This document shows positions 27,904 through 38,832 of a stretch of 64,000 bases of DNA, piece by piece. This DNA comes from Longimicrobiales bacterium (GTDB lineage: Bacteria > Gemmatimonadota > Gemmatimonadetes > Longimicrobiales > Gaopeijiaceae). Both the position numbers and the translations under genes were made by a program. Under the pieces are notes generated by a model. It was given only the letters and a program-made list of their open reading frames with translations, was not told the origin of the DNA and ran no database searches. The stretch's first letter is position 1, and each line of letters begins with the position of its first letter. The DNA lies in NCBI GenBank assembly GCA_965238005.1, contig OZ250165.1, forward strand, positions 4,704,001 to 4,768,000, in the 5' to 3' direction.

Positions 27904-30870
27904 ATGTTTCGCGCCACCGACAAGACGTCTCTGTCGCCCTTTCTCGCGGCCCTCCTGCTGCTTCCGGCACAGGCGACCGCTCAGAGTGCTCCGATCTCGG
28001 AAGACCAGCTCTCTACCTTCCAACCCAGACTCATCGGGCCTGCGGTGACGGGCGGACGAATTCACGACATTGAAGCTCTCGCCCACGACCCTTCGACCAT
28101 ATTCCTGGCCACTGCCTCCGGCGGGCTATGGAAGACCACCAACCGTGGTCACACCTGGCGAAACGTCTTCGCCGACAAGGAGGTGAGCACCTTCGGTGAC
28201 GTGGCCATCGCGCCGTCCGATCCCGACATCATGTATGCCGGGACGGGGGAGCAGAACAACCGGCAGAGCACGTCCTGGGGGAATGGCGTCTACCGATCCG
28301 ACGACGGAGGAGACACCTGGCGCCACCTCGGACTGGAGGAGACGCGGCACATCGGCAAGGTGCTGGTTCATCCCACGGACCCCGACGTGGTGTACGTGGC
28401 CGCTCTCGGGAATCTCTGGCGAGGCAGCGAGGAGCGCGGGGTCTATCGATCCCGGGACGGGGGCATAAGCTGGGATCGAATCCTGTTCGTGGACGAGTAC
28501 ACGGGCGCCGTGGACCTAGTCATAGACAGCCGGAACCCGGGCACCCTCTACGCCGCCACCTACCAGCGGCTCAGGAGAACCTGGGGGTTCAACGGCGGAG
28601 GGCCGGGGAGTGGGATCTACCGGACCACGGATGGGGGAGACACCTGGCGGGAGCTCACGAACGGCATCCCGGACGGGGACAAAGGCCGGATCGGCCTCGC
28701 CATCTCCGAGTCGAACCCCATGGTGCTGAACGCCCTCGTCGAGCACGCCGACGAGGACGCGCAGGGGACCTATCGCAGCGAGGACGGCGGAGCGACCTGG
28801 CGTCGGGCCAGCTCGATGAACCCCCGGCCCATGTACTACTCCGAGATCTTCATCGACCCCTCCGAGGAGGATCGTGTCTACGTGTTGGGGACCTCGTCGA
28901 ACAAGAGCGAGGATGGTGGCGTGAACTGGACGGAGGTCGCGAAGCGACCCACCTACGACGTGGGAGTCCACGCCGACCACCATGACCTCTGGATCGACCC
29001 CAACGAGCCGAACCACTTCTACCTGGTTGGTGACGCGGGGCTGTGGGAGACGTACGACCAGGGCGTGAATTTCAGGAAGATCAACAACTTCGCCATCGGG
29101 CAGTTCTACGCCATCGGTGTCGACAACCGTGATCCGTATTGGGTGTATGGCGGCATGCAGGACAACCACTCCTGGATGGGCCCCTCCGAGACGCGCCGGT
29201 GGATCGGCATCATCAACGACGACTGGAAGCAGACAGGCTTCGGGGACGGCATGTACCAGCAAGTCGACCCCACCAGTCATCGCTTCGTCTACGCCAACTC
29301 AAACGGGGGTGCTTACTACAGGCTGGACGCTGAGACGGGCGATATGCTCGACATCCGGCCTCGAGCGCCCGAGGGTGAGCCCTCGTACCGATGGGACTGG
29401 GTCTCACCGAGCCTCGTCTCCAGGCACGACCCGTCGGTCGTCTACCTGGGCGGGAATCGGCTGTTCATCGCCCGTGATCGCGGCGAGTCATGGATGCGGA
29501 CCGAGGACCTGACGCGCAACATCGACCGGGACGAGCTCCAGCTCATGGGTGTCTACGGCTCGCACATCCGGAACTCGCGGAACGACGGGACGTCCAGCTT
29601 CGGCGAGATCACCGTCATCGCCGAGTCGCCTCTGGACCCTCAGATCCTTTGGGTTGGCACCGACGACGGGAACCTCCAGGTGTCGCGAGACGGCGGCCGG
29701 GGTTGGAGCGAGGTGAGCCGGAACGTCAGTGGTGTCGCCGATGGCACCTACGTGAGCCGGGTGGTCGCCTCGCGGAAGGGTTCGGGAGTGGCCTATGTAG
29801 CCTTCGATGCACACCGGGACGGGGACTTCGACCCCTACCTCTTCCGCACGGAGGACTACGGGCAGAAGTGGGACCCCGTCATGGAAGGACTGCCGTCTGG
29901 CTCTGTGAACTCCTTGGTGGAGCACCCCGACAACTCGGACGTGCTCTTCGCGGGTTCCGAGCACTCGGTGTTCGTCAGCACGGATGCGGGTGCGAGCTGG
30001 GCCAAGATGCCCAACCTGCCGACCACCCATGTCGATGACATGGTCATCCATGCGAGGGAGAAGGACCTGGTTATCGGGACACACGGCCAGAGCGTCTGGA
30101 TTCTGGACGACACGAGCCCGTTGGCTGAGTGGACGGCCGTGGTGGCCGCCGCTGACGTCCACGTCTTCAGCATCCAGCGAGCCACCATATTCAACTACAG
30201 GAAGGACACGTCGTATCGCGGTCAGGCAGAGTTCGCGGGAGAGAACCCGGTGTCGGGTGCCATCATCACGTACAGCTTGGGGGCCGGTGGCGGTGACGCC
30301 ACCCTCCGTGTGACCAACTCATCCGGTCGCGTGGTCCGGGAGCTCGCCATTCCTTCAGTGCCCGGCATCCACCGGGTGAACTGGGACCTTCGCAACTCCA
30401 CGTCGAGTGACACGGAGATCTGGCGGTCTCACGACGACCCACGGCTGTCTCGTCCCATCGACGACCTGGGACCCTGGGTGTCACCAGGGCGGTTCTCGAT
30501 CACCGTGGAGGCGAGGGGCGTGACGTCCAGCCAGACGCTGGAGGTGAGAGGCGATCCGGAGATGCCCGTCACGCAAGCCATGTACGAGGAGCGGGAGGCG
30601 TTCCTCCTGGACCTCATCGACTTTGCTCGACACATTCAGGAAGCCCGGCCCGGCCTGAGCTGTGAAGAATTCGGGTTCGGTAGGGGTGGCCAGAGACCCG
30701 AAGGTACCGACGGCGAACTTTGCCAGATTCAGCAAGGCGCCGAGCAGCTTTCCCGGGCCCTGACCGGCAATGAGGTGCGTCCGGGCTCACTGTACCCGCC
30801 CACCCCGGAGCACCAAGCGAGAAAGTCCGCGCTGGAGGTCCGACTGGCTCGGACCCTCGACTCCATGTGA
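27904..30870 (+). CDS. Secreted BNR/Asp-box (VPS10-like) beta-propeller glycosyl hydrolase-like protein
   Basis: Signal peptide and many SxDGGxTW repeats. Confidence 0.85.
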   Translation: MFRATDKTSLSPFLAALLLLPAQATAQSAPISEDQLSTFQPRLIGPAVTGGRIHDIEALAHDPSTIFLATASGGLWKTTNRGHTWRNVFADKEVSTFGDVAIAPSDPDIMYAGTGEQNNRQSTSWGNGVYRSDDGGDTWRHLGLEETRHIGKVLVHPTDPDVVYVAALGNLWRGSEERGVYRSRDGGISWDRILFVDEYTGAVDLVIDSRNPGTLYAATYQRLRRTWGFNGGGPGSGIYRTTDGGDTWRELTNGIPDGDKGRIGLAISESNPMVLNALVEHADEDAQGTYRSEDGGATWRRASSMNPRPMYYSEIFIDPSEEDRVYVLGTSSNKSEDGGVNWTEVAKRPTYDVGVHADHHDLWIDPNEPNHFYLVGDAGLWETYDQGVNFRKINNFAIGQFYAIGVDNRDPYWVYGGMQDNHSWMGPSETRRWIGIINDDWKQTGFGDGMYQQVDPTSHRFVYANSNGGAYYRLDAETGDMLDIRPRAPEGEPSYRWDWVSPSLVSRHDPSVVYLGGNRLFIARDRGESWMRTEDLTRNIDRDELQLMGVYGSHIRNSRNDGTSSFGEITVIAESPLDPQILWVGTDDGNLQVSRDGGRGWSEVSRNVSGVADGTYVSRVVASRKGSGVAYVAFDAHRDGDFDPYLFRTEDYGQKWDPVMEGLPSGSVNSLVEHPDNSDVLFAGSEHSVFVSTDAGASWAKMPNLPTTHVDDMVIHAREKDLVIGTHGQSVWILDDTSPLAEWTAVVAAADVHVFSIQRATIFNYRKDTSYRGQAEFAGENPVSGAIITYSLGAGGGDATLRVTNSSGRVVRELAIPSVPGIHRVNWDLRNSTSSDTEIWRSHDDPRLSRPIDDLGPWVSPGRFSITVEARGVTSSQTLEVRGDPEMPVTQAMYEEREAFLLDLIDFARHIQEARPGLSCEEFGFGRGGQRPEGTDGELCQIQQGAEQLSRALTGNEVRPGSLYPPTPEHQARKSALEVRLARTLDSM

Positions 30871-30931
30871 TCCGGCCGTGGATCGTGAGACCGATCTAAA
30901 GACCGACTGAAACCGCATACAGCCCAAGGCC

Positions 30932-31324
30932 ATGAACAACTTTTTCCTGCAGTTCCACTCCGGAGTCCGCTACCTGATCCTCCTCGCAGGCGTCCTGACC
31001 GTGCTCTACGCCGTCTACGGAGCCGTTTCGGGACGTGCCTACGACAAGGGGATGCGAATCCTCTCCTCCAGCTTCGCCGGGCTGCTGCACCTCCAGATCC
31101 TCCTGGGCCTGGCGCTCATCTTCTCCGGGCGTTTTCAACCGGCCGTGACCGGTCACATCTTCATGATGCTTTTCGCCGCGGCGGCCGGTCAGATTCCGGT
31201 CTCGGTCATGCGCCGGCGGCCGGAGGAGAAGAAGACCTACCTTCCTCACGGTGTCTGGGCCCTGGCGGCCCTTGCCATGATGGTGCTGGGGGTCATGGCG
31301 ATCGGGCGGCCCATCGTGGGATAG
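30932..31324 (+). CDS. Small four-TM membrane protein
   Basis: HSGVRY...LHLQILLG...H; hydrophobic throughout. Confidence 0.75.
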   Translation: MNNFFLQFHSGVRYLILLAGVLTVLYAVYGAVSGRAYDKGMRILSSSFAGLLHLQILLGLALIFSGRFQPAVTGHIFMMLFAAAAGQIPVSVMRRRPEEKKTYLPHGVWALAALAMMVLGVMAIGRPIVG

Positions 31325-31548
31325 GCCTGGCCTGGGCACAGACCGGCACCCGTGTGAACGGATCCGCGTTCGGCTCGCAGGGCCGGCGGCGACCCGCCCT
31401 GGATCGCCGGCCTCCGTGCTCGAGGAACCTGTGACGTGGGACCTGAGTGGGCGACAGCAAATGGCCCGTGGCAGGAGTTGACGCTCCTAATAATGCGCAG
31501 AGAGAATAGCACTGTGCCTTCTGAGATGGGCGATCCGAAAAAGCGAAG

Positions 31549-32748
31549 ATGACGTCGACACCAGAGCACTCCCCGGACGCCCCGTCTCCCTCTGTGACAC
31601 AAGGCAGCCCCGATCTGGCCCTGGTCATGGGCGGCGGCGGCGCGCGAGCCGCCTACCAGGTGGGATTCCTCCGGTGCCTGGCCCGACGGTTCCCCAACCT
31701 GCGGGTTCCCATCGTCACCGGCGTTTCCGCGGGAGGGATCAACGCCGCCCTTCTCGCCTCGCACCACGGCTCCTTCCACCAGGCCGTGGAGGAGATGGTC
31801 TCGCTCTGGGAGCGGCTCACGGTCGAAGACGTCTTCCGGGTCGACACGCCGTCACTGGGTTGGACGGGTCTTCGCTGGGCGTTTCAGCTATTGTCCGGGG
31901 GTGTGGGGGGCGCGGGGCGGGTCAAGGGTCTGGTCGACACGTCGCCTTTGCGGAGCTACCTGTCCGAGGTGATGCACGCCGTGAACAGCGAGCTCACCGG
32001 AATCCAGTACAACCTTGCGGTGGGCCGGCTCAAGGCAGTGGCGCTCAGCACCTCGAGCTACACCACGGGCCAGTCCGTAACCTGGATCCAGGGGTGCGAT
32101 CTCCTGGATTGGAGTCGACCGCAAAGGCGCTCGCGGAAGACAGTGCTCACCGTCGATCACGTGATGGCGTCGGCTTCCCTCCCGCTATTCTTCCCGGCCA
32201 TCCGCATCGGTGACGAGTTCTATGGTGACGGGGGGGTGCGTCTCGCCGCACCGCTCTCCCCCGCGCTCCATCTCGGAGCCGAGAAGATCCTGGCCATCTC
32301 CACGCGCTACGAGCGCTCACCAGCCGAGGCTCGGGTTCCTGAAGTGACCGGTTACCCGCCCCCGGCCCAGGTACTGGGTGTACTGCTCAACTCGGTCTTT
32401 CTCGATCTCCTCGACCAGGACGCGCTGCGGCTTGAGCGGCTAAACCGTCTCATGGATCAGGTGCCCCTCAGCGGAAGGGACGGTCTGCGACGGGTGAGCC
32501 TCCTGATCCTGCGCCCCCCAGTCGATCTCGGACACCTCGCGAGCGAGTTCGAGCCCAAGCTTCCCAAGACCTTCCGCTTCCTCACGAGAGGGCTGGGCAC
32601 CCGTCAGACCGCCAGTTCGGACCTCCTCAGCCTCGTTCTTTTCCAGCCGGACTACATGCATCGCCTCATCGAGCTCGGCGAGACCGACGCCGAGGCAAAG
32701 GCCGACGAGATCGACGAGTTCATTGTGGCGGAGGGCTCCGACGATTGA
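31549..32748 (+). CDS. Patatin-like phospholipase
   Basis: GGGGARAAYQVG, GVSAG, ASASLP and DGG. Confidence 0.92.
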   Translation: MTSTPEHSPDAPSPSVTQGSPDLALVMGGGGARAAYQVGFLRCLARRFPNLRVPIVTGVSAGGINAALLASHHGSFHQAVEEMVSLWERLTVEDVFRVDTPSLGWTGLRWAFQLLSGGVGGAGRVKGLVDTSPLRSYLSEVMHAVNSELTGIQYNLAVGRLKAVALSTSSYTTGQSVTWIQGCDLLDWSRPQRRSRKTVLTVDHVMASASLPLFFPAIRIGDEFYGDGGVRLAAPLSPALHLGAEKILAISTRYERSPAEARVPEVTGYPPPAQVLGVLLNSVFLDLLDQDALRLERLNRLMDQVPLSGRDGLRRVSLLILRPPVDLGHLASEFEPKLPKTFRFLTRGLGTRQTASSDLLSLVLFQPDYMHRLIELGETDAEAKADEIDEFIVAEGSDD

Positions 32749-32767
32749 TTCCGACGGGACCGCTAGA

Positions 32768-32798
32768 TGCCTTGTGCGCGACCCGCTGTACTCCTTCA
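32768..32798. repeat. Decayed solo end of MITE type B
   Basis: CTTGTGCGCGACCCGCTGTACTCCTTCAA resembles the reverse complement of the left end at 18388-18423 (CCTGTGCGCGACGCACTGTACTTCCTCAA). Confidence 0.5.
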
Positions 32799-32925
32799 AG
32801 AGGACTCTTGATCTCCATCCAGAGAGACGACGGGCACACGCAGACGGAGGCACGGGTTACATTTCTAAGGTGCAGCGGACCATAGCTGGAGTCCCGTCCC
32901 AGTCCGCAACCAGGGGAAGACGGTC

Positions 32926-34887
32926 ATGTCGCAGGAGCCCAACAAGGCCCTGGCCAGCGTACAGGAAGCACGGCAGGTCGCCGAGGCCGCACGAGAGACC
33001 GAGTGGAAGAACCGGAGCTTCGCCCGGGCGCTGTTCGACGGCCGGCTAGACCTTCATGTGGTATATCCGCCGCCCGAGCCGAGCCCTGAGCAGGAGGCCA
33101 GGGCCGAGCCGTTCCTGAAGGCGCTGGAGGAGTTCACGATCGCCCACATCGACGGCGATGCCATCGACCGCGATCGCTGGGTCCCCCAGGAGGTCCTGGA
33201 TGGCCTGGCGGCGCTCGGCGCCTTCGGCATCAAGATCCCCCAGGAGTACGGTGGTCTCGGGCTCTCTCAGTATCACTACAACAAGGCCCTCGGCATCGTC
33301 GCCAGCCGGTGCGGCTCGACGGGTGCGTTCCTGTCCGCGCATCAGTCCATCGGCGTCCCGCAGCCGCTGATCTACTTCGGCACCGAGGAGCAGAAGAGGA
33401 AATACCTCCCACGGCTCGCGGCGGGTGAGCTGTCGGCCTTCGCCCTGACGGAGCAGGACGTCGGTTCAGACCCGGCAAACCTGTCCACCACGGCGGAGCT
33501 CTCGGAGGACGGCCAGCACTGGATCCTGAACGGCGAGAAGCTCTGGTGCACCAACGGACCGCGGGCGGACATCATCGTTGTCATGGTACGGACCCCGGCC
33601 CGGGAGGGGGTACGGGGGCGGAAGCCTATCAGCGCATTGATCGTCGAGACGGCGTGGGAAGGCGTCGAGGTCGGACATGTCTGCACGTTCCTGGGCCTCA
33701 ACGGCCTATCCAACGGCGTGATCCGCTTCAACAACGTCAAAGTCCCCAGGGACAACCTGCTCTGGGGAGAGGGTCGAGGGCTCAAGCTGGCTCTCATCAC
33801 CCTGAATACGGGACGGCTGTCCATTCCGGCGTTCTGCGCCGTGGGAGCGAAGGGAGCCCTCCTGTCGTGCCGGCAATGGGCGGCCGAGCGCGTCCAGTGG
33901 GGGGCACCCGTGGGCAAGCACGATGCCATCGCCCAGAAGCTCGGCACCATGGCCGCCAATACGTTCGCCCTCGACGCCGTCGTCGACCTGACCGCCCGCA
34001 TGGCCGACGCCAAGAGCTTCGACATTCGTATCGAGGCCGCCATCGCGAAGATGTGGAACAGTGAGACCAGCTATCAAGTCATCGATGACGCCGTGCAGAT
34101 CCGGGGCGGGCGGGGGTACGAGCAGGCCGACTCCCTTCGCGCACGTGGTGAGCATCCTTACCCGATCGAGCGCGCGCTCCGGGACAGCAGAATCAACCTC
34201 ATCTTCGAGGGATCCAGCGAGATCATGCGCCTCTTCATCGCCCGGGAGGCCGTAGACAGCCACCTGAGCGTGGCAGGCGACTTGATCGATCCCAAGGCGC
34301 CCATGGGGAAGCGCCTCGCCGCCTTGATCCGGGCGGGCCTCCACTACGCCTGGTGGTATCCCACCCGCTGGCTCACCTGGGGCCGGTGGCCCCGGTATCG
34401 GGAGTTCGGCCCCTTGGCAGGCCACCTGAGGTACGCCCACAGAACCTCGGCACGGCTGGCGAGATCAATCTTCTATGCCATGGCTCGCTTCGGCCCCGGC
34501 CTCGAGCGAAAGCAGGCGGTTCTCGGGAGGATCGTCGAGATCGGCTCCGAGCTGTTCGTGATGATCTCCACGATCGTGCGGGCCCAGAGCCTCGTGAGGG
34601 CGAGTCCGTCGGACCGGTCCCCGTACACGTTGGCGGACCTCTTCTGTCGTCAGGCCAGGGCCCGGATCAGGGACCGCTTCGATCGCCTGTTCTCGAACAA
34701 CGACGCCGCCACGTACAAGGTGGCACAACAGACGATGAAGGGGATGTTCGCCTGGGTGGAAGAGGGGCTGGTGAAGGAAGACTGGATTCCATCCGAGGAG
34801 CCGGCCACCACCACCCCTGTGGAGCCCGTGGCACCCCCGGTGCAACCCGCACCGGCGGACTCACCGGAGCCGGCAGCGACGGGATAG
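32926..34887 (+). CDS. Acyl-CoA dehydrogenase (VLCAD-like)
   Basis: SAHQSIG, FALTE..GSD, NGEKLWCTNG, GGRGYE and IFEGSSEI. Confidence 0.93.
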   Translation: MSQEPNKALASVQEARQVAEAARETEWKNRSFARALFDGRLDLHVVYPPPEPSPEQEARAEPFLKALEEFTIAHIDGDAIDRDRWVPQEVLDGLAALGAFGIKIPQEYGGLGLSQYHYNKALGIVASRCGSTGAFLSAHQSIGVPQPLIYFGTEEQKRKYLPRLAAGELSAFALTEQDVGSDPANLSTTAELSEDGQHWILNGEKLWCTNGPRADIIVVMVRTPAREGVRGRKPISALIVETAWEGVEVGHVCTFLGLNGLSNGVIRFNNVKVPRDNLLWGEGRGLKLALITLNTGRLSIPAFCAVGAKGALLSCRQWAAERVQWGAPVGKHDAIAQKLGTMAANTFALDAVVDLTARMADAKSFDIRIEAAIAKMWNSETSYQVIDDAVQIRGGRGYEQADSLRARGEHPYPIERALRDSRINLIFEGSSEIMRLFIAREAVDSHLSVAGDLIDPKAPMGKRLAALIRAGLHYAWWYPTRWLTWGRWPRYREFGPLAGHLRYAHRTSARLARSIFYAMARFGPGLERKQAVLGRIVEIGSELFVMISTIVRAQSLVRASPSDRSPYTLADLFCRQARARIRDRFDRLFSNNDAATYKVAQQTMKGMFAWVEEGLVKEDWIPSEEPATTTPVEPVAPPVQPAPADSPEPAATG

Positions 34888-34889
34888 AC

Positions 34890-36664
34890 TCAGAACACCA
34901 GGGCGTCGCCGGACTGTCGCCGATACAGGCGGTCGTAGACGTCACTCCTCTCGAGAAGCTCCCGGTGCGAGCCCTGGTCCACGATGGTGCCCCGGTCCAG
35001 CACCAGGATTCGGTCCGCCCGTATCACCGTCGACAGGCGGTGGGCGATGACCAGGGTCGTGAGCCCCTCCATGAGGTGCCGAGAGCGTTCTGCACCAACG
35101 CTTCGCTCTCCGCGTCGAGGCTGCTCGACGCCTCATCCAGGATCAGGACCTTGGGGCGCTCCAGGATGACCCGAGCGATGGCCACGCGCTGGCGCTGGCC
35201 GGCGCTGAGGGTAACGCCGCGCTCACCCACCATCTGGTCGAGCCCATCAGTCAGGTCGGCGATGAACTCGGCGGCATGAGCGGCCTGCGCCGCCTCTTCG
35301 ATCTCCGCCTCAGTGGCATCCAGGTTCCCGTAGATCAGGTTCTCACGAACGGTCCCGGCGAAGAGCATCGGCTCCTGCGGAACGATGCCGATCTCACTTC
35401 TGAGCTCGTGGAGGGATAGCTGGCGCACGTCGACCCCGTCCAACGACACGGAGCCCTCTTCCACGTCGAAAAAGCGGGGGATCAATGAAACGAGGGTGCT
35501 CTTGCCCACCCCAGAGCTGCCCACCAGAGCCACGGTCTCGCCCTCCTCCAGCGTGAGGTCGATCCCGTCCAGGACGTGTGGTAGATGCGGCCCGTAGCGG
35601 AAGACGACCCCCGCCGTAGCGAACTACCCCACGGGTCGGGCGGGGGAGCGGCTTCGGATCGCGGGGCGACTCGATGGTCACTGGATGATCCAAGAGCTCG
35701 AAGATACGCTTGGCGGCGCCGGCAGCCTCCTGGAGATTCCCCCAGAAGCCGGCCAACGACGTGATCGCCCCGGAGATGGTCACGGCGTACAGCAGAAAGG
35801 CCACCAGCGTCCCGGGGGTAAGCGCCCCGGCCAGGACCAGGCGGCCCCCCTCCCACAGGACCACGACGATGGCCCCGAACGCGGCAAGGTCACGGCGCCG
35901 TGAGACTCGCTCGGGCCACAGCACGCCGGAGACCTTCGTCCCGGGCACGATTCACCTCGGTCTCATACGCCTCCGCCTCGTATCCCTCACGAGTGAAGCT
36001 CTGCACAGTGCGGATCTGGGTGAAGACTTGCTCCGCCCTGGAGACGGCGTCGGCCAGGCGATCCTGGATGTGCGTGCTGATGTGCCGGACGCGGCGACCG
36101 AAAAACCAGCCCACCAGAGCGGCGAAGGGGATCGCCGTGAGTGTCACGAGAGTGAGTCGTGGATTGGTGATCGTGACGAGCACGAGAGCGCCGACCAGGA
36201 AGATGCCCTGCCCGACGATCTCGGGGACGCCGAAGCGAAGAACGCCCCTGGATGAGACCCGAGTCCGACGCCAGTCACGATGTGAGCTCTCCGACGCGTC
36301 TGGAGGCGAAGAAGCCCGGAGGCTGGTGGACGAGGAAGCCGAAGAGGTCCCGTCTCAGGTCCGCGACGACCCGTTCGGAGACCGAAGCGGTCAGGTAGCT
36401 CTGGCCGAAATTGACCACCGCCTGCACCCCGAAGAGCCCCAGCAGCCCCAGGGCGACGCGATTGAGGAGGCCGGAGTCGTTGGCGAGGAAAGCGGCGTCT
36501 AGGAGCTCCCGGACGATGAGCGGGAACGCCAGGCCGACGCCCGTACTCATGAGCATGAGAACGGCGGCCCCGACCAGGGCGAAGCGATAGGGTCGGATCC
36601 GTGGCGTGAGGCGCCGGAGGAACCCCACGGTCTTCTTCGGGCTCAGGCGCTCCCGTGGCGGCAT
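34890..36664 (-). pseudogene. MsbA-like ABC exporter (TMD+NBD), multiply disrupted
   Basis: Nonsense TGA at 36275-36277 (ELTS*LASD, normally Arg) and frameshifts near 36245, 35890, 35610 and 35080. GSSGVGKST, LSAGQRQR, LDEA and AHRLST lie in separate pieces. Confidence 0.85.
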
Positions 36665-36762
36665 GGAAGCGTCCTCTTATCTATTGGATCCATGAACGGA
36701 TGGGTAATCTGTTAGGTTCTCTGGGGCTAATCCCCCGGGCAAGATATTGGCGAGGATCGGGT

Positions 36763-37710
36763 ATGAACACCGCGCAGCATCACAGGGGCTTCTACGTCGC
36801 CACGGTCTGGACCCTGGGGCTCCTTTTTCTGGGGAGCATCGTCCACGCCACGGAATCCAGCCTTGCGTGCCCCGACTGGCCCACGTGCTACGGCACCATG
36901 GTCCCCGAGATGACGGGGGGCGTCTTCTGGGAGCACCTGCATCGCCTGGTGGCCGGCGGCCTGGTCCTGATCTTCGCCGCGGCGACCTACGTGTCTTGGA
37001 AGCCGGAGGCGCACCGGCCGGCTATCAGGAAGTGGGCCCTTGCGGGCATCGGCCTGCTCATCGTTCAGAGTGTCTTCGGTGGGCTCACGGTCCTTCTGCA
37101 GCTCCCTGACGCCATCTCGACGACCCACTTGGCGTTGGCCTTCCTCTTCCTGGCCCTGGCCACGGGCCTGACCGTGGTCACTTCGCCCCGGTGGACGTCG
37201 GGGGAGGGGGCCGCGATCAGCCTCGTGGGTCTTCGCCGGATCGCGCTCGTGGGGGCGGTCCTCACCTTCCTCCAATCGGTCCTTGGAGGAGCCGTTCGGC
37301 ACATGGACGCAGGACTCGTGTGTCCCGATGTCCCCCTGTGCCTCGGCCAGTGGGTGCCCCCCCTGGAGACCGCCACTGTCGCTGTCCACTTCGGACACAG
37401 GGTGGTCGGCATCCTGCTGTTGGTGTCCCTGTCGGTCCTCGCGGTGCGGGCGATGAGGGAGCTGGAACCCTCGGTGGCCAGGACGCTTGCTCTGACGGCC
37501 GGAGCCCTCGTGGTCCTTCAGGTGACGTTGGGATTCCTTTCGGTGTATATGCGGCTGGCCGTCATGCCCGTGTCACTCCACACGCTGCTGGCCGCCACTA
37601 TCCTGACCCTCACCGTGGCGTTGGTGGTGATGACGTTGGCTCCGCAGGCAGGCACTTCCGGCACCGTGGACGTAGCCACCGAAAGCGAGGCCGTCGCACC
37701 CGGGAGCTAG
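36763..37710 (+). CDS. ctaA: Heme A synthase (COX15/CtaA)
   Basis: ACPDWPTCYG, EHLHR, CPDVPLC and HFGHR; about 8 TM helices. Confidence 0.88.
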   Translation: MNTAQHHRGFYVATVWTLGLLFLGSIVHATESSLACPDWPTCYGTMVPEMTGGVFWEHLHRLVAGGLVLIFAAATYVSWKPEAHRPAIRKWALAGIGLLIVQSVFGGLTVLLQLPDAISTTHLALAFLFLALATGLTVVTSPRWTSGEGAAISLVGLRRIALVGAVLTFLQSVLGGAVRHMDAGLVCPDVPLCLGQWVPPLETATVAVHFGHRVVGILLLVSLSVLAVRAMRELEPSVARTLALTAGALVVLQVTLGFLSVYMRLAVMPVSLHTLLAATILTLTVALVVMTLAPQAGTSGTVDVATESEAVAPGS

Positions 37711-37982
37711 TGTGGTGTCCCAGAAGTTCGCGAGCCACCGAGAGTGCCGAGGCGCCGGATCCGGGGTACCCGCGACGTTAGGCGTGGGTCAGTCGGGGCG
37801 ACGAGGAATAGCAACGCGGGCACCGCGGCCAATGGCCGTGGTCTGACGAGGAGGAACGCCGCAGGGCCGGATGCATCGGTGCTCGAGCCGAGCGACCTTC
37901 ATGCTCGTCGTGAGCGTCGAGTTAACCGCGAGACGATCGAGGGCAGCGAGATCAATGGCCGAGACACTTCTGGGACACCACA
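37711..37982 (+). mobile_element. MITE type A, copy 1 (272 bp)
   Basis: Perfect TIRs TGTGGTGTCCCAGAAGT / ACTTCTGGGACACCACA flanked by CTAG on both sides; second copy at 59330-59603. Confidence 0.9.
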
Positions 37983-38013
37983 CTAGTTAGGCAGAGAGCT
38001 CAAGGCGGGGGGT

Positions 38014-38763
38014 TCAGGCCAGCGGAACGGCGATCTCTACCTCCGCGCCTCCGTCGGTGCGGTTCCTCAGGTGGATTCGCCCGGCCTGTTGCTCCACGGC
38101 CCTCCGTGCGTGCGAGAGGCCCAGGCCCAACCCCCCCTCGGTCGTCGTGTAGAAGGGATCGTACGCCCTGGACAGGGCTTCCGCCGTGAAGCCGGGACCT
38201 TCGTCCTGAACGAGTACCCGACCCCACTCTCTGTCGCTGGACACCGTCACGACTACTCCCTTTCCCTCACCGAACACCGCCGCATTGTGAAGAATGAGGT
38301 AGAACGCATCGAGGAGTGCTTCGGTATTCACCTGGACTGAAACCGGCCCCTTGGCGGACACCCGCACCGACAGATCCCAATCCGCCTCGTAGTCGTGGAC
38401 GGCCTCCTTCGCGATGCGCAACAAGTCGTCCTCGTCGATCTCCCCTGTCGGATCCTCGAGGAAGAAGTGGAGATCGTCCACCGCCGCGACGGCCTGCTCC
38501 GCTGCCTTCCTGAGAGAGAGCCTTCGGTCCTTGAAGGCCGCGGACAGTGGAGCATCCACGTTCTGGCGCAGATACCCCCCGATGCGGGAGAGGGCGAGGC
38601 TGAAGGCCTCGTCCGGGCCGCCACCCCCACCTGAGGTTACGGAACCGGGCTTGGCCACGCCAGACGTGCCCCCCTGTGGACGACTCGAGCTCCTTCCTAC
38701 GAAGAAGCCCATCAAAGCCGCCACCAGGGCGGCCATCACCGATACCGCCGACAACCCGTCCAT
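38014..38763 (-). CDS. Membrane-anchored HATPase_c (histidine-kinase-like) protein
   Basis: N-terminal TM; ILHNA, DEGPGF, PFYTT and GLGLGL boxes; no clear H-box. Confidence 0.8.
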   Translation of the reverse strand: MDGLSAVSVMAALVAALMGFFVGRSSSRPQGGTSGVAKPGSVTSGGGGGPDEAFSLALSRIGGYLRQNVDAPLSAAFKDRRLSLRKAAEQAVAAVDDLHFFLEDPTGEIDEDDLLRIAKEAVHDYEADWDLSVRVSAKGPVSVQVNTEALLDAFYLILHNAAVFGEGKGVVVTVSSDREWGRVLVQDEGPGFTAEALSRAYDPFYTTTEGGLGLGLSHARRAVEQQAGRIHLRNRTDGGAEVEIAVPLA

Positions 38764-38832
38764 GTACCTCCTACTCGGGCTCGCAACGCGCGGGAGCCCC
38801 GTGATGTCTTGAGAACCTACGGACCAGGTCTC

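Noticed and set aside
36275..36277. In-frame TGA in the ABC exporter as selenocysteine
   Set aside because: The position corresponds to Arg (ELTSRL; CGA to TGA), not Cys, and the gene has several further frameshifts.
37744..37986. Short ORFs within MITE-A (also 59329-59523 and 59317-59805)
   Set aside because: They lie in a repeated non-coding element and have no RBS or recognisable domain.
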